Shown here in pieces: positions 1 through 9,321 of a stretch of DNA of 64,000 bases. Origin of the DNA: Vicinamibacteria bacterium (lineage in GTDB: Bacteria; Acidobacteriota; Vicinamibacteria; Marinacidobacterales; Marinacidobacteraceae). The notes beneath the pieces were generated by a model. That model searched no databases, had not been told where the DNA came from, and was given only the letters and a program-made list of their open reading frames with translations. Location of the stretch: positions 800,001 through 864,000 of the forward strand of contig OY729431.1 in NCBI GenBank assembly GCA_963422395.1, read 5' to 3'. Position numbers and translations under genes: made by a program. Within the stretch, counting starts at the first letter, position 1; the number at the start of each line of letters is the position of its first letter.

Positions 1-723
1 GACCTGCGGCTCGAACGGATCCGGAAGACGAAAGCCGCGGTGCGGGAACGGCTGCGATCCGAGATCGCGCACTGGGACCGGCGCGCCGAGGAGCTGAAGG
101 AGGACGAGCGGGCGGGGAAGCCGGCGGCGCGGATGAATTCGGGTGAGGCGCGGGAGCGCGCCGACCGGCTTCAGGAGCGGCTCAAACGCCGGCTCGCCGA
201 ACTCGCGGCCGAAGCCGACCTCGCGGCGGCAGCGCCCCGAGTGCGCGGGGGGATGCTCGTCGCCCCGGCGGGACTGATCGCGGCGATGACCGGGACGAGC
301 GGGTTCGAGGAGAGAGGGGAGCGGGCGCCCGAGCCGGCGGACACCGCGGAGATCGCGGCGCGGGCGCGCGCGATCGTGATGGCGAAGGAACGGGAGCTCG
401 GCTTCGAGCCTCGGGATTGCGAGTTCGAGAAACGCGGCTACGACATCGAGAGCCGGGACTCGGGCGAGCCGGGCCGGCTGCGCTTCCTCGAGGTGAAGGG
501 CAGAGCGGAGGGTGCGGACACGATCACGGTGACCCGCAACGAAGTCCTCACCGCCTTGAACCAGCCGGAGGACTACATCCTCGCCATCGTGCGCTTCGGG
601 GAGGACGGTCGGCACGAGCTGCGCTACGCCCGCCGTCCCTTCGAGACTCCGCCGGACGACGGAGCGGCGAGCGTGAACTACCGGATGAAGGAGCTCTGGG
701 AGAGCGCCGCACCCCCGAGCTGA
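1..723 (+). CDS. 3' part of a helicase-associated protein with C-terminal DUF3883 (NO VEIN-C, PD-(D/E)xK-like) domain; gene starts upstream of the window
   Basis: Open frame from the window edge. Coiled-coil region followed by GYDIES...RFLEVKGR...ITVTRNE...YILAIV, typical of DUF3883 tails of SNF2-type helicases. Confidence 0.75.
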   Translation, partial: DLRLERIRKTKAAVRERLRSEIAHWDRRAEELKEDERAGKPAARMNSGEARERADRLQERLKRRLAELAAEADLAAAAPRVRGGMLVAPAGLIAAMTGTSGFEERGERAPEPADTAEIAARARAIVMAKERELGFEPRDCEFEKRGYDIESRDSGEPGRLRFLEVKGRAEGADTITVTRNEVLTALNQPEDYILAIVRFGEDGRHELRYARRPFETPPDDGAASVNYRMKELWESAAPPS

Positions 724-787
724 TCGAACGGCCCGGCGAGCGTTCCTCCGCAACGGTGAGACTTCGCCGCCGACCGCGGTTCGCCGC

Positions 788-928
788 TCACTGCCGGCAG
801 ATCGTGGAGTTCAGGAGCTGCCTGTTCTTGGCACCGGAATAGATCCGGCCTCGGGGGTTGGCGAGGATTTTCCGATCCTTGAAATCCGTCTGGAGCGCGA
901 TTCGGTCGGCATCCACGATGATGCACAT
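788..928 (-). pseudogene. 46-aa remnant of a probable PIN-like partner protein, apparently internally deleted
   Basis: Manual translation: MCIIVDADRIALQTDFKDRKILANPRGRIYSGAKNRQLLNSTICRQ*. Starts 10 nt after the ATPase stop. The hydrophobic strand plus Asp (IIVDA) resembles a PIN N-terminus, but the ORF is far too short for a full domain. Confidence 0.45.
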
Positions 929-938
929 GGTGCGCCTT

Positions 939-2321
939 TCACCCGTCGTCCTGGCCGTCGAAACCGAGGAGGGTGTCGGTCTCGCGAAGAAAGAAGCCGC
1001 GATATCCGGCGGGCACGTTTTGCAGATTGCCGTGCTCGTCCATCCCGATGTTGTGGATCTCCACCGAATTCCCTTGTGGCTCGAAGTAGAGGATGGACAC
1101 CTGGTCGGCTTCGAGCTGTTGTTTTCGGACGGAAATGCGGATCCGGTCCACGATGTGGTCGCTGTGGGTCTCGATGAGGAACCGATTCCCCCGCTTCGTT
1201 ACCGAGTTCACCAGGAAGCTCGCGAATTCGGCCTGGCCCCGCGGATGAAGATGGACTTCCGGCTGTTGCAGCAAGAACAGGGAGGAGTTTCCTTTCTCCG
1301 GGTAGCGGCGTCGACCGGAGGATCTCGCGGAGCCGAGTTCCGGAGTCAGGAGTTCCACCAGGATCGGCAGGCTCTGACTCACCCCGTAGCCGACATCCAC
1401 GATGTTCGCGTGCGACCCGGAGTGCACCTTCAATTGGAGCTGAAAGGGGTCGCTGATCTGCCGCCCATGACGCTTCACCCGGATGTCCGAGAAGAGACCG
1501 GACTTCTCACCGAACTCCACGAGGTCCTCGCGCAGGGATTTCCACCGGTCCGACGCCTCGTGGTCGAGGCGCATCATCAGCATGGGGATGTGCGTCCCCT
1601 CGGGGGTCGCCGTCTCGCGGATGGGGTCGTAAGTCCGGTGCGGTTTCGCGCGCAGCGGAGCGACCGGAACGAGCGGCGGAAGTGCCGGAGTCAGAAGGCG
1701 GTGAAGCCGACTCCGCCTTCCGGCTCTGTCAGGCGAAAGCTTCCGGAGAAAGGCTGCGATCGGTTCGAGGCCGGCGAAACGCGGTTCGCGCCGGCTCTCC
1801 TCATCGGAAACGATGTAGGAGACGAGAAACGGCAGGTTCCACAGCTCGAACGGCCCGTCCAGCACGGCTTCGTGGCCCTCGATGGCCAGGGTGATCTTCC
1901 CGTTCTCACCGTATCGAAGTTCGAGGTATTCGCCGGACGGGAACGCATAGCGCCATGACTCGATCACCGGCTGCGATCCCCGTTCCACCAGGGTGGCGGC
2001 CAGTTCGAACGGTGGCGGACCGTTCTTGCGGCCGGGCACCCGGAGTCCGAGACGGAATTTCTGGATCCGCCCTTCGCGGCCTCGCCGGGAGCGGACGATG
2101 TCCCGGAACGAGCCCATGGAGAACGGTTCGCGGTTGAAATCGAGCGAGTGTCCCGCGAGTTGTGCTTCGAGGGTTCGGTGGAGCGCACCGTAGCAACCCA
2201 GCAGCGTTGTCTTTCCGGTGCTGTTCTCGCCGACGAGCAGAGTGATCGGCCGCAGACGAGCGCGGTGCTCGCCTCGGAAACAGCGGACATCCTCGATCAG
2301 CAGTTCGTCGGGAGAGGTCAT
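939..2321 (-). CDS. AAA_15/AAA_21-type ABC-like ATPase with DUF3696-like C-terminus (putative defence ATPase)
   Basis: Walker A GENSTGKT, signature-like VGYGVSQSLP, Walker B/D-loop LLQQPEVHLHP, H-loop IETHSDH. Start placed at ATG 2321 (MTSPDELLIEDVRCF). Confidence 0.8.
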   Translation of the reverse strand: MTSPDELLIEDVRCFRGEHRARLRPITLLVGENSTGKTTLLGCYGALHRTLEAQLAGHSLDFNREPFSMGSFRDIVRSRRGREGRIQKFRLGLRVPGRKNGPPPFELAATLVERGSQPVIESWRYAFPSGEYLELRYGENGKITLAIEGHEAVLDGPFELWNLPFLVSYIVSDEESRREPRFAGLEPIAAFLRKLSPDRAGRRSRLHRLLTPALPPLVPVAPLRAKPHRTYDPIRETATPEGTHIPMLMMRLDHEASDRWKSLREDLVEFGEKSGLFSDIRVKRHGRQISDPFQLQLKVHSGSHANIVDVGYGVSQSLPILVELLTPELGSARSSGRRRYPEKGNSSLFLLQQPEVHLHPRGQAEFASFLVNSVTKRGNRFLIETHSDHIVDRIRISVRKQQLEADQVSILYFEPQGNSVEIHNIGMDEHGNLQNVPAGYRGFFLRETDTLLGFDGQDDG

Positions 2322-2429
2322 CGGGAGAGCCTCGTCGGAGATCGGGGCCGGCAGGGATCGGAGGTGGTGAGAGAGACGAGGCGCGACGCGGTTTCTTGCG
2401 CGATTCCGAGCCGAGGGTAACGAATCTTT

Positions 2430-2489
2430 CCTCGCGGCGGCGCCCCGAGGGCGCGGGGGGATGCTCGCCGCCCCGGCAGGGCTGATCGC
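2430..2489 (+). repeat. ~60-bp diverged direct repeat of helicase gene segment 219-281
   Basis: cctcgcggcggcgccccgagggcgcggggggatgctcgccgccccggcagggctgatcgc matches 219-281 with a 3-bp gap and 4 substitutions. Confidence 0.85.
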
Positions 2490-2534
2490 TGGGCTCGCGG
2501 CCCTCTCGGGCGGAGCGGGATGACCTGCTGCGTT

Positions 2535-2583
2535 TCGCCCCCTCATGGGAAGAGAGGGCTGACGCCCCGCTCCCGAACCGCCC
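2535..2583 (+). repeat. Degenerate 5' fragment of the 252-bp repeat family
   Basis: catggga...cgccccgctcccgaaccgccc matches catgggag...cgccccgctcccgaagcgccc at about 57825-57861. Confidence 0.6.
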
Positions 2584-2748
2584 AGACCGGCATGCGTGGT
2601 AGATTTCGGGCCGTCGGTCGTATCGAGTCCCCGGTAGCCCCTCGAGCCTTCGGTTCCCACGGCCCGGCCCGCTCGGCGGCTTGTGCGGCCGCCGGTTCTC
2701 CTGTTTCGACCCCGGAGACTTCCAGAGGTTCCGGAGAGGTCATGGTTA

Positions 2749-3945
2749 ATGCGGTCGGCCCCGCTCCCCATGTTCCTTCTCTCCCGGCGGCGTGTCCTCC
2801 GTCTTTCCGTCTCCGTCCTGTCGTCCGTTTCCTTCCTCTTGGCTGCGCCCGGCTTCGCGGCGGGCAGCGCGCCGCAAGAAGCCGGCGGGAGCCGATCCGA
2901 TGAGTCCCGGTTTCTCACCCGGATCCGCCGTCTGACGGTCGAGGGCCGCCGGGCCGGTGAGGGCTACTTTTCGCCCGACGGAACGGAAATCGTCTTCCAG
3001 TCGGAGCGCGAGCCGGGCAATCCCTTCTACCAGATCTACCTCCTCTCCCTCGAAACCGGCGACACCGAGCGGATATCGCCCGGTATCGGCAAGACGACCT
3101 GCGCCTTCATCTCCCCGAAGAGCGGCGACATCCTCTTCGGCTCCACCCACCTCGACCCGCGCTCGGCAGAACTGCAGCAGGCCGAACGGGACTTCCGCGC
3201 CAGCGGACAGGAGCGCCGCTACGCCTGGGACTACGACCCCGCGATGGATATCTTCGTCCGGGAGCGGGTGAGCGGCTCGCTGACCCGCCTCACCGAGGCT
3301 CGAGGCTACGACGCCGAGGCGAGCTACTCCCCCGACGGGGAGTGGATCGTCTTCACCTCGATCCGCTCGCAGTACGACCATGAGCTGACCCCGGAGGAAG
3401 CGCGCCAGGCCGAGTTCGATCCGTCGTGGTTCGGTGAGATCTGGATCATGCGCGCCGACGGCAGCGGCCAGATCCGGCTCACCCGGACTCCCGGATACGA
3501 CGGCGGGCCGTTCTTCTTCCCCGACGGCTCCCGGATCGTCTGGCGGCGCTTCTCCGAAGACGGTCTGATCGCCGACATCTGGTCCATGCTTCCGGACGGA
3601 AGCGACCAGCGCCAGCTCACCGACTTCGGCGCCATGAGCTGGGCCCCCTATGTCCATCCCTCCGGGGAGTACATCCTGTTCGCCTCGAACGAGCTGGGGT
3701 TCAGCAACTTCGAGGTGTACCTGGTGGACGCCGCCGGCGAGAAGGAACCGGTGCGGATCACCACCGCCGAGGGCTTCGATGGGCTTCCGGTTCCCACTCC
3801 GGACGGGCGGGGAATCGCCTGGACCTCGACCCGCCACGGCGGGGACGGCGGCCAGATCTATCTCGCCGACTGGAATCACGAAGAAGCACTCGCCGCGCTC
3901 GCCGCCGCCCTCCCGCGGGTCCCGGCTCCACCGCGGACCCGGTGA
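2749..3945 (+). CDS. Secreted TolB-like beta-propeller (PD40 repeat) protein
   Basis: Signal peptide. Repeats GEGYFSPDG, AEASYSPDGEWIVF, GGPFFFPDG, WAPYVHPSG, GLPVPTPDG. Exact start uncertain (2749 or 2770). Confidence 0.85.
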   Translation: MRSAPLPMFLLSRRRVLRLSVSVLSSVSFLLAAPGFAAGSAPQEAGGSRSDESRFLTRIRRLTVEGRRAGEGYFSPDGTEIVFQSEREPGNPFYQIYLLSLETGDTERISPGIGKTTCAFISPKSGDILFGSTHLDPRSAELQQAERDFRASGQERRYAWDYDPAMDIFVRERVSGSLTRLTEARGYDAEASYSPDGEWIVFTSIRSQYDHELTPEEARQAEFDPSWFGEIWIMRADGSGQIRLTRTPGYDGGPFFFPDGSRIVWRRFSEDGLIADIWSMLPDGSDQRQLTDFGAMSWAPYVHPSGEYILFASNELGFSNFEVYLVDAAGEKEPVRITTAEGFDGLPVPTPDGRGIAWTSTRHGGDGGQIYLADWNHEEALAALAAALPRVPAPPRTR

Positions 3946-3966
3946 TCCGCCCCGGCCCTTACGACG

Positions 3967-5679
3967 ATGACCCGCAAGAATCTGCTCGACGCCCGCACCG
4001 TCAGCTATCTGGAGCTGATCGGCAACGGGAAGTCGTATTCGGTTCCCCCCTATCAGCGGGACTACTCCTGGACCGAAGAAGAGTGGAGCGATCTCTGGAA
4101 CGACATCGTCGGGCTGCGCGAGGCGCCGGCGGAGCGGCACTTCATGGGTCCGCTGGTAGTAGAGGCGCGGAGTGATCTCGACTTCGTGGTCATCGACGGG
4201 CAGCAGCGCCTGGCGACGCTCGGCCTGTTGGCGCTCGCGGTGATCGCCCGCCTGCTGGCCTTGGCCGAGGAAGGAACAGAGCCCGAGGCGAACCGCATCT
4301 GGGCGCAGAGGCTTCGCGACCGCTTCGTAGGGGAGAAGCACCCGACCTCCCACTTCGAGTCCAGCCGGCTCTCGCTCAACGAAGCCAACGACGGCTTCTG
4401 GCAGAGCTATCTGGTTCGGCTCCGAAAGCCGCGGAACCCGCAGAGCCTGCCGCGGTCCAATCGTCTGCTCCACGACGGTTTCCTCTATTTCGGAGAGCGG
4501 CTGGATGAGCTCGGAGAGCTCCAGAGCGGCGGCGAGGCGATGGCGAGCCTGATGTTCGAGGCGGTTGCCCGAAAGCTGCTTTTCGTCTTGATCATCGCTG
4601 GGGACGATCTGGACGCCTATACCGTGTTCGAGACCCTGAACGCCCGCGGCGTCGGGCTGACCACGACGGACCTGCTCAAGAACTACCTGTTCGCGCAGCT
4701 TCGCGACCCGACCGATCGGGCGGAACTCGACCGCCAGTGGCGCGGGCTCGTCGGGACCGTGAGTCCAGAGCGATTTCCCGAGTTCCTCCGGACCCATCTG
4801 CTCACCGAGCAGCCGGAGGTCCGGCACCCGCGCCGGCTCTTCCGGACCGTGCGGGAGAATTTTTACGCCTTGCCCGAAGTGATCGGTCTCATCGAGCGGC
4901 TCGACGAACGATCGGAACTCTTCGCCGCGCTTTCCGACCCCGGTCACGAGCTTTGGACAGAGAGGCCGGAGGCCCGGCCGTTCCTCCGGGAGCTGGTCCT
5001 GTTCCGAGTACCGCAGACCGCACCGCTGCTGCTGGCCGCTTGGGAGCGTTTTCCCCCGCCGGACTTCGACCGGGTGCTGAAGCTGATTTCCGTGATCTCG
5101 TTCCGTTACCGCGTCGTCAGCGGACGGAACGGGGGCGGGCTGGAGCAGGTGTGTGCGCGGGCGGCCCGGCGCATCACGGATGGAACGGCCCGGAGCCCGG
5201 CGGCGGTGTCCCGGCTGCTCGAACCGCTTCAGGTCGAAGACACGAAGATGCGGCAGGACTTCGCCCGGTTGCGCGTGAACACCCGGGGGCCGCGGAAGAA
5301 GCTGGCCCGCTATATCCTCGCCCGGCTCGAATCGGATGCTTCGGGCAGCCATATCGATCCGGAGACGGATCCGGGGACTCTCGAACACATCCTGCCGGAG
5401 AACCCGGGGGAGGAATGGGAGGCGGCATTCCCTCCCGACCGACAGGAGGCGTACACCTACCGCATCGGGAACCTCGCTCTTCTCGCCGCCGGCGCGAATC
5501 GGGAGATCGGCCGCCGGCCGTACTCCGAGAAGCTGACGGCCTACCGGCGAAGCACCTACGCGCTGACCCGCGAGATCGCGGAGCTGGCCCCCGAGGAGTG
5601 GACCCCCGCACTCCTCGAATACCGGCAGCAGCGGCTCGCCGACCGCGCCGTCCACATCTGGAGATCGGACTTTGCCTGA
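3967..5679 (+). CDS. GmrSD-family protein (DUF262 + DUF1524/HNH), type IV restriction-like
   Basis: VPPYQRDYSW, DGQQR and FETLNARG (DUF262); LEHILPEN and IGNLALL...N (DUF1524 HNH). Confidence 0.9.
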   Translation: MTRKNLLDARTVSYLELIGNGKSYSVPPYQRDYSWTEEEWSDLWNDIVGLREAPAERHFMGPLVVEARSDLDFVVIDGQQRLATLGLLALAVIARLLALAEEGTEPEANRIWAQRLRDRFVGEKHPTSHFESSRLSLNEANDGFWQSYLVRLRKPRNPQSLPRSNRLLHDGFLYFGERLDELGELQSGGEAMASLMFEAVARKLLFVLIIAGDDLDAYTVFETLNARGVGLTTTDLLKNYLFAQLRDPTDRAELDRQWRGLVGTVSPERFPEFLRTHLLTEQPEVRHPRRLFRTVRENFYALPEVIGLIERLDERSELFAALSDPGHELWTERPEARPFLRELVLFRVPQTAPLLLAAWERFPPPDFDRVLKLISVISFRYRVVSGRNGGGLEQVCARAARRITDGTARSPAAVSRLLEPLQVEDTKMRQDFARLRVNTRGPRKKLARYILARLESDASGSHIDPETDPGTLEHILPENPGEEWEAAFPPDRQEAYTYRIGNLALLAAGANREIGRRPYSEKLTAYRRSTYALTREIAELAPEEWTPALLEYRQQRLADRAVHIWRSDFA

Positions 5680-7480
5680 ACCGCATGCCCCTTCCCGGCC
5701 TTTCCGCTGGATCCTTCCCTCCCTCGCGTTCGTCCTCTCGCCGGCTCTTCCGGCAGCGGCTCAGACCCCGGGCGAGGTCCGCGAGGATGTGCTCGCCCTG
5801 CTCGCTCCCGGCACCGAAGGCCGGGCGGTGGGGAGCCCCGGCGCTGCGGTCGCCCGGCGCTACCTGATCTCCGAGCTCGCCGCCGCCGGCGCCCGGCCGC
5901 TGCCGGGGCAGGACGGACTCGGCATCCCCTTCCGCTTCGTTTCCGGGGTGGAGGATCTCGGATCCTCGCTCCGGGCGGGCGGGCACAAGCGGTTCGGGAG
6001 CGATCAGGTGCGGGCGTTCGCCTTCTCCGAGACCGGCGAGGTGCGGGGCGAACTGTTCTTCGCGGGCTACGGGATCAGCGTTCCCGAGACCGCCGAAACC
6101 GCCTACGACAGCTACGCCGGCCACGAGATCGAAGGACGGATCGTGGTCGCGCTCCGCTTCTTCCCCGAAGGGGCCGAGGGAGAGGACCGGACCATGCTGC
6201 AGCGCTACTCCGGTCTCCGCGCGAAGGCGGCGGCGGCGCGCGACCGGGGCGCGGTCGGCATGGTGCTCATCACCGGCCCGGGGTCTCCGAATTCCGGAGA
6301 GTTGGCACCCGACGGTTTCGACATCGCGGCGCCGGGAAGCCAGGGCATCCTTGCGGCCTCGATCGATGGAGAAGCTGCCGAGCGCCTCTTCGCGGGGAGC
6401 GGGGTATCCGTCGGTGAGGTGCAGGCGGCGCTCGACGCCGGAGAGGTGGAATCCGGTTCCTTCGAGATTCCGGGGCTCGCCACTCTCGCGGTGCGCCTCG
6501 ATCGGATCCGGGCGAGCGGAGCGAATGTGGTCGGGCTGCTGCCAGCGGCGGACGGCAGCTTCGATCCTCCCTGGATCGCGGTCGGCGCCCACTACGACCA
6601 CCTCGGGCGCGGCGGCGCCGGCTCCCTGAGCCCGCACGGCCCGCCGGAAGTCCATCCGGGTGCCGACGACAACGCTTCGGGCTCCGCCGCGGTGCTCGCC
6701 CTCGCCCGCGCCGCCGCCTCGTCCCCCCTCGCCCGGCCGTTGCTGGTCGCCTTCTGGTCCGGCGAGGAGTCCGGGCTTCTCGGGTCCACCGCCTTCCTCC
6801 GCGACGAGGTCCGGGCCGATCAGGTGCTCGCGTATCTGAACCTCGACATGGTGGGGCGGCTCGAAGAGAACCGGCTCACCGTCCAGGCGATGGGCTCGTC
6901 GAGCGTTTGGCCGGGGATCGTCGAGCGGGCGAATGTGCCGGGCGGTTTCGACCTGGCGCTCGCTGACGACCCGTACCTGCCCACCGACTCCTCGGCCTTC
7001 GACAGCGAGGAGGTGCCGACCCTGAACCTGTTCACCGGAACCCATGCCGACTATCACCGGCCCTCGGACACCGCGGACAAGCTGGACTACGAAGGGCTCG
7101 CCCGGATCGCCCGTTTCGCCGGACTCGTGGTCCGGCGGGCGGCGGCGGCCGACCCCGCCCCGGACTTCATCCGGGTGGAGCGCACTTCCGCGGACACCCC
7201 CTCGCGCCGTTCGATGCGGGTCTATACCGGCACGATCCCCGAGTACGCCGCCGAGGTCGAGGGCCTGCTCCTCGGCGGGGTCATGGCGGGCGGACCCGCG
7301 GAGAAGGCGGGCCTCGAGAAAGGCGATGTGATCGTCGAATTCGCCGGAGCTCCGATCCTGAACATCTACGACTACATGGGGGCGATCGAAGCGGCGCGGA
7401 TCGGCGAACCGCTCACCGTGGTCTTCCTCCGCGGCGAGGAGCGCCATTCGGTGACGATGGTCCCGACGGCTCGTCCCTGA
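5672..7480 (+). CDS. M28 family aminopeptidase with PA and PDZ domains
   Basis: GAHYDHLG, GADDNASG, SGEESGLLGS, NLDMVGR, DYHRPSD; PA region FAGYGIS; C-terminal PDZ GGPAEKAGLEKGDVI. Confidence 0.9.
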   Translation: MPEPHAPSRPFRWILPSLAFVLSPALPAAAQTPGEVREDVLALLAPGTEGRAVGSPGAAVARRYLISELAAAGARPLPGQDGLGIPFRFVSGVEDLGSSLRAGGHKRFGSDQVRAFAFSETGEVRGELFFAGYGISVPETAETAYDSYAGHEIEGRIVVALRFFPEGAEGEDRTMLQRYSGLRAKAAAARDRGAVGMVLITGPGSPNSGELAPDGFDIAAPGSQGILAASIDGEAAERLFAGSGVSVGEVQAALDAGEVESGSFEIPGLATLAVRLDRIRASGANVVGLLPAADGSFDPPWIAVGAHYDHLGRGGAGSLSPHGPPEVHPGADDNASGSAAVLALARAAASSPLARPLLVAFWSGEESGLLGSTAFLRDEVRADQVLAYLNLDMVGRLEENRLTVQAMGSSSVWPGIVERANVPGGFDLALADDPYLPTDSSAFDSEEVPTLNLFTGTHADYHRPSDTADKLDYEGLARIARFAGLVVRRAAAADPAPDFIRVERTSADTPSRRSMRVYTGTIPEYAAEVEGLLLGGVMAGGPAEKAGLEKGDVIVEFAGAPILNIYDYMGAIEAARIGEPLTVVFLRGEERHSVTMVPTARP

Positions 7481-7503
7481 CCGGCCGCCCCGATCCCCCG
7501 CCC

Positions 7504-9321
7504 GTGCCGCCCTCCGGCAAGGTCCCCATCGAACGGGTCCGCAACTTCTGCATCATCGCCCATGTGGACCACGGGAAGTCCACGCTCGCCGACCGGCTCA
7601 TCCAGCGCTGCGGCGGGGTCAGCGAGCGCGATTTCCGCGACCAGCTCCTCGACTCGATGGACCTCGAACGGGAGCGGGGCATCACGATCAAGTCGAACAC
7701 CGTTTCGCTGCTCCACCGGACGAAGGCCGGCGAAACCTACCAGCTCAACCTGATCGATACTCCGGGCCATGTGGACTTCTCCCACGAAGTGCGGCGCTCG
7801 CTCATGTCCTGCGAGGGGGCGCTCCTGCTGGTGGACGCCGCGCAGGGGGTCGAGGCGCAGACCGTAGCGAACCACTTCGTGGCGATGGAGTACGACCTCA
7901 CCGTCGTCCCGGTCATCAACAAGATCGATCTGCCGGCAGCCGACCCCGAACGGGTGCGCGAGGAGATCGACGACGAACTCGGGCTCGATCCGTTCGAGGC
8001 GGTGCTGGCCTCGGCGAAGAAGGGGGACGGGGTGGAAGAGATCCTCGACGCGATCGTCGAGCGCTTCCCGCCTCCGGACGGCGACCCGGAGGCGCCGCTC
8101 CGGGCGTTGGTCTTCGACGCCCAGTACGATGTGTACCGCGGGGTGGTGCTGCTCGTCCGGGTGGTGGACGGGACCCTCCGGCCCGGCGACCGGGTGCGGC
8201 TCATGCACAGCGGCCGGGACCACAACGTGGAAGAAGTGGGCCTGCTGCGGCTCCATCGGGAGTCCGTGGACGAGCTCCCTTCGGGGTCGGTGGGTTATGC
8301 GATCTGCGGCATCCGCACGATCCGGGACATCGCGATCGGGGACACGATCACCGGATCGGAACATCGGGCGGAAGCGGCGCTTCCCGGCTACCGCCCGGCG
8401 CGGCCGGTGGTGTTCAGTTCGGTGTACCCGATCGCAAGCGACGATTACGGGGAGCTCGAAGCCGCGCTCGACCGGCTGGCGCTGAACGATGCGGCGCTCA
8501 CCTACGAGCGGGATTCCTCGACCGCGCTCGGTTTCGGGTTCCGCTGCGGCTTCCTCGGCCTGCTCCACCTCGATGTGGTGCAGGAGCGGCTCGGGCGCGA
8601 GCACGGGCTTTCGCTGCTGCTCTCGGCGCCGAGCGTGCGCTACCGCATCTCCACTCGGGACGGCGGAACGGTGGAGGTGGAGAATCCCGCCTGCTATCCG
8701 GACCCGGCGATCATCGAGGGAGCCGAGGAGCCCTACATCCGCGCTGCCATCCTGATCCCCGAGAGTTCGGTGGGGCCGGTCATGGAACTGCTGAACGAGC
8801 GGCGGGCGGCGTCCACCCGGATGCAATTCCTCTCCTCGCGGCGGGTGGAGATCGGAGCCGAGCTGCCGCTGGCCGAAGTGATGTTCGACTTCCACGACCG
8901 GCTGAAGACGCTGACCCGCGGCTACGGCAGTTACGACTACGAACTGCTCGACACCCGCCCCACGAAGCTGGTCAAGGTGGACATCCTGGTGAACGGCGAG
9001 CGGGTGGACGCGCTCAGCCAGCTGGTCCACGAAGGCAAGGCTCGGCCGCGGGCGCTCGCCTACTGCGAACGGCTCGCCGAGTCGATCCCGATGCACAACT
9101 TCAAGATCGCCATCCAGGGAGCGATCGGCGGGAAGATCATCGCGCGGACGAACATCAGGGCGCTCCGGAAGGATGTGACCGCCAAGTGTTACGGCGGCGA
9201 CATCACCCGGAAGCGGAAGCTGATCGAGCGCCAGAAGGAAGGGAAGCGGCGGATGAAGCAGGTGGGCAATGTGCAGATTCCGCAGACGGCCTTCATCGCG
9301 GTGCTGGGCAGTTCGCGGTGA
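7504..9321 (+). CDS. lepA: Elongation factor 4 (LepA)
   Basis: AHVDHGKSTLADR, RGITIK, DTPGHVDF, NKID, GFRCGFLGLLH, RKDVTAKCYGGDITRKRKL. Confidence 0.97.
   Translation: MPPSGKVPIERVRNFCIIAHVDHGKSTLADRLIQRCGGVSERDFRDQLLDSMDLERERGITIKSNTVSLLHRTKAGETYQLNLIDTPGHVDFSHEVRRSLMSCEGALLLVDAAQGVEAQTVANHFVAMEYDLTVVPVINKIDLPAADPERVREEIDDELGLDPFEAVLASAKKGDGVEEILDAIVERFPPPDGDPEAPLRALVFDAQYDVYRGVVLLVRVVDGTLRPGDRVRLMHSGRDHNVEEVGLLRLHRESVDELPSGSVGYAICGIRTIRDIAIGDTITGSEHRAEAALPGYRPARPVVFSSVYPIASDDYGELEAALDRLALNDAALTYERDSSTALGFGFRCGFLGLLHLDVVQERLGREHGLSLLLSAPSVRYRISTRDGGTVEVENPACYPDPAIIEGAEEPYIRAAILIPESSVGPVMELLNERRAASTRMQFLSSRRVEIGAELPLAEVMFDFHDRLKTLTRGYGSYDYELLDTRPTKLVKVDILVNGERVDALSQLVHEGKARPRALAYCERLAESIPMHNFKIAIQGAIGGKIIARTNIRALRKDVTAKCYGGDITRKRKLIERQKEGKRRMKQVGNVQIPQTAFIAVLGSSR

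Noticed and set aside
2322-2918. 199-aa N-terminal extension of the ATPase predicted by the ORF track
   Set aside because: Low-complexity translation that overlaps the PD40 gene and repeat remnants; ATPase similarity begins at Met 2321.
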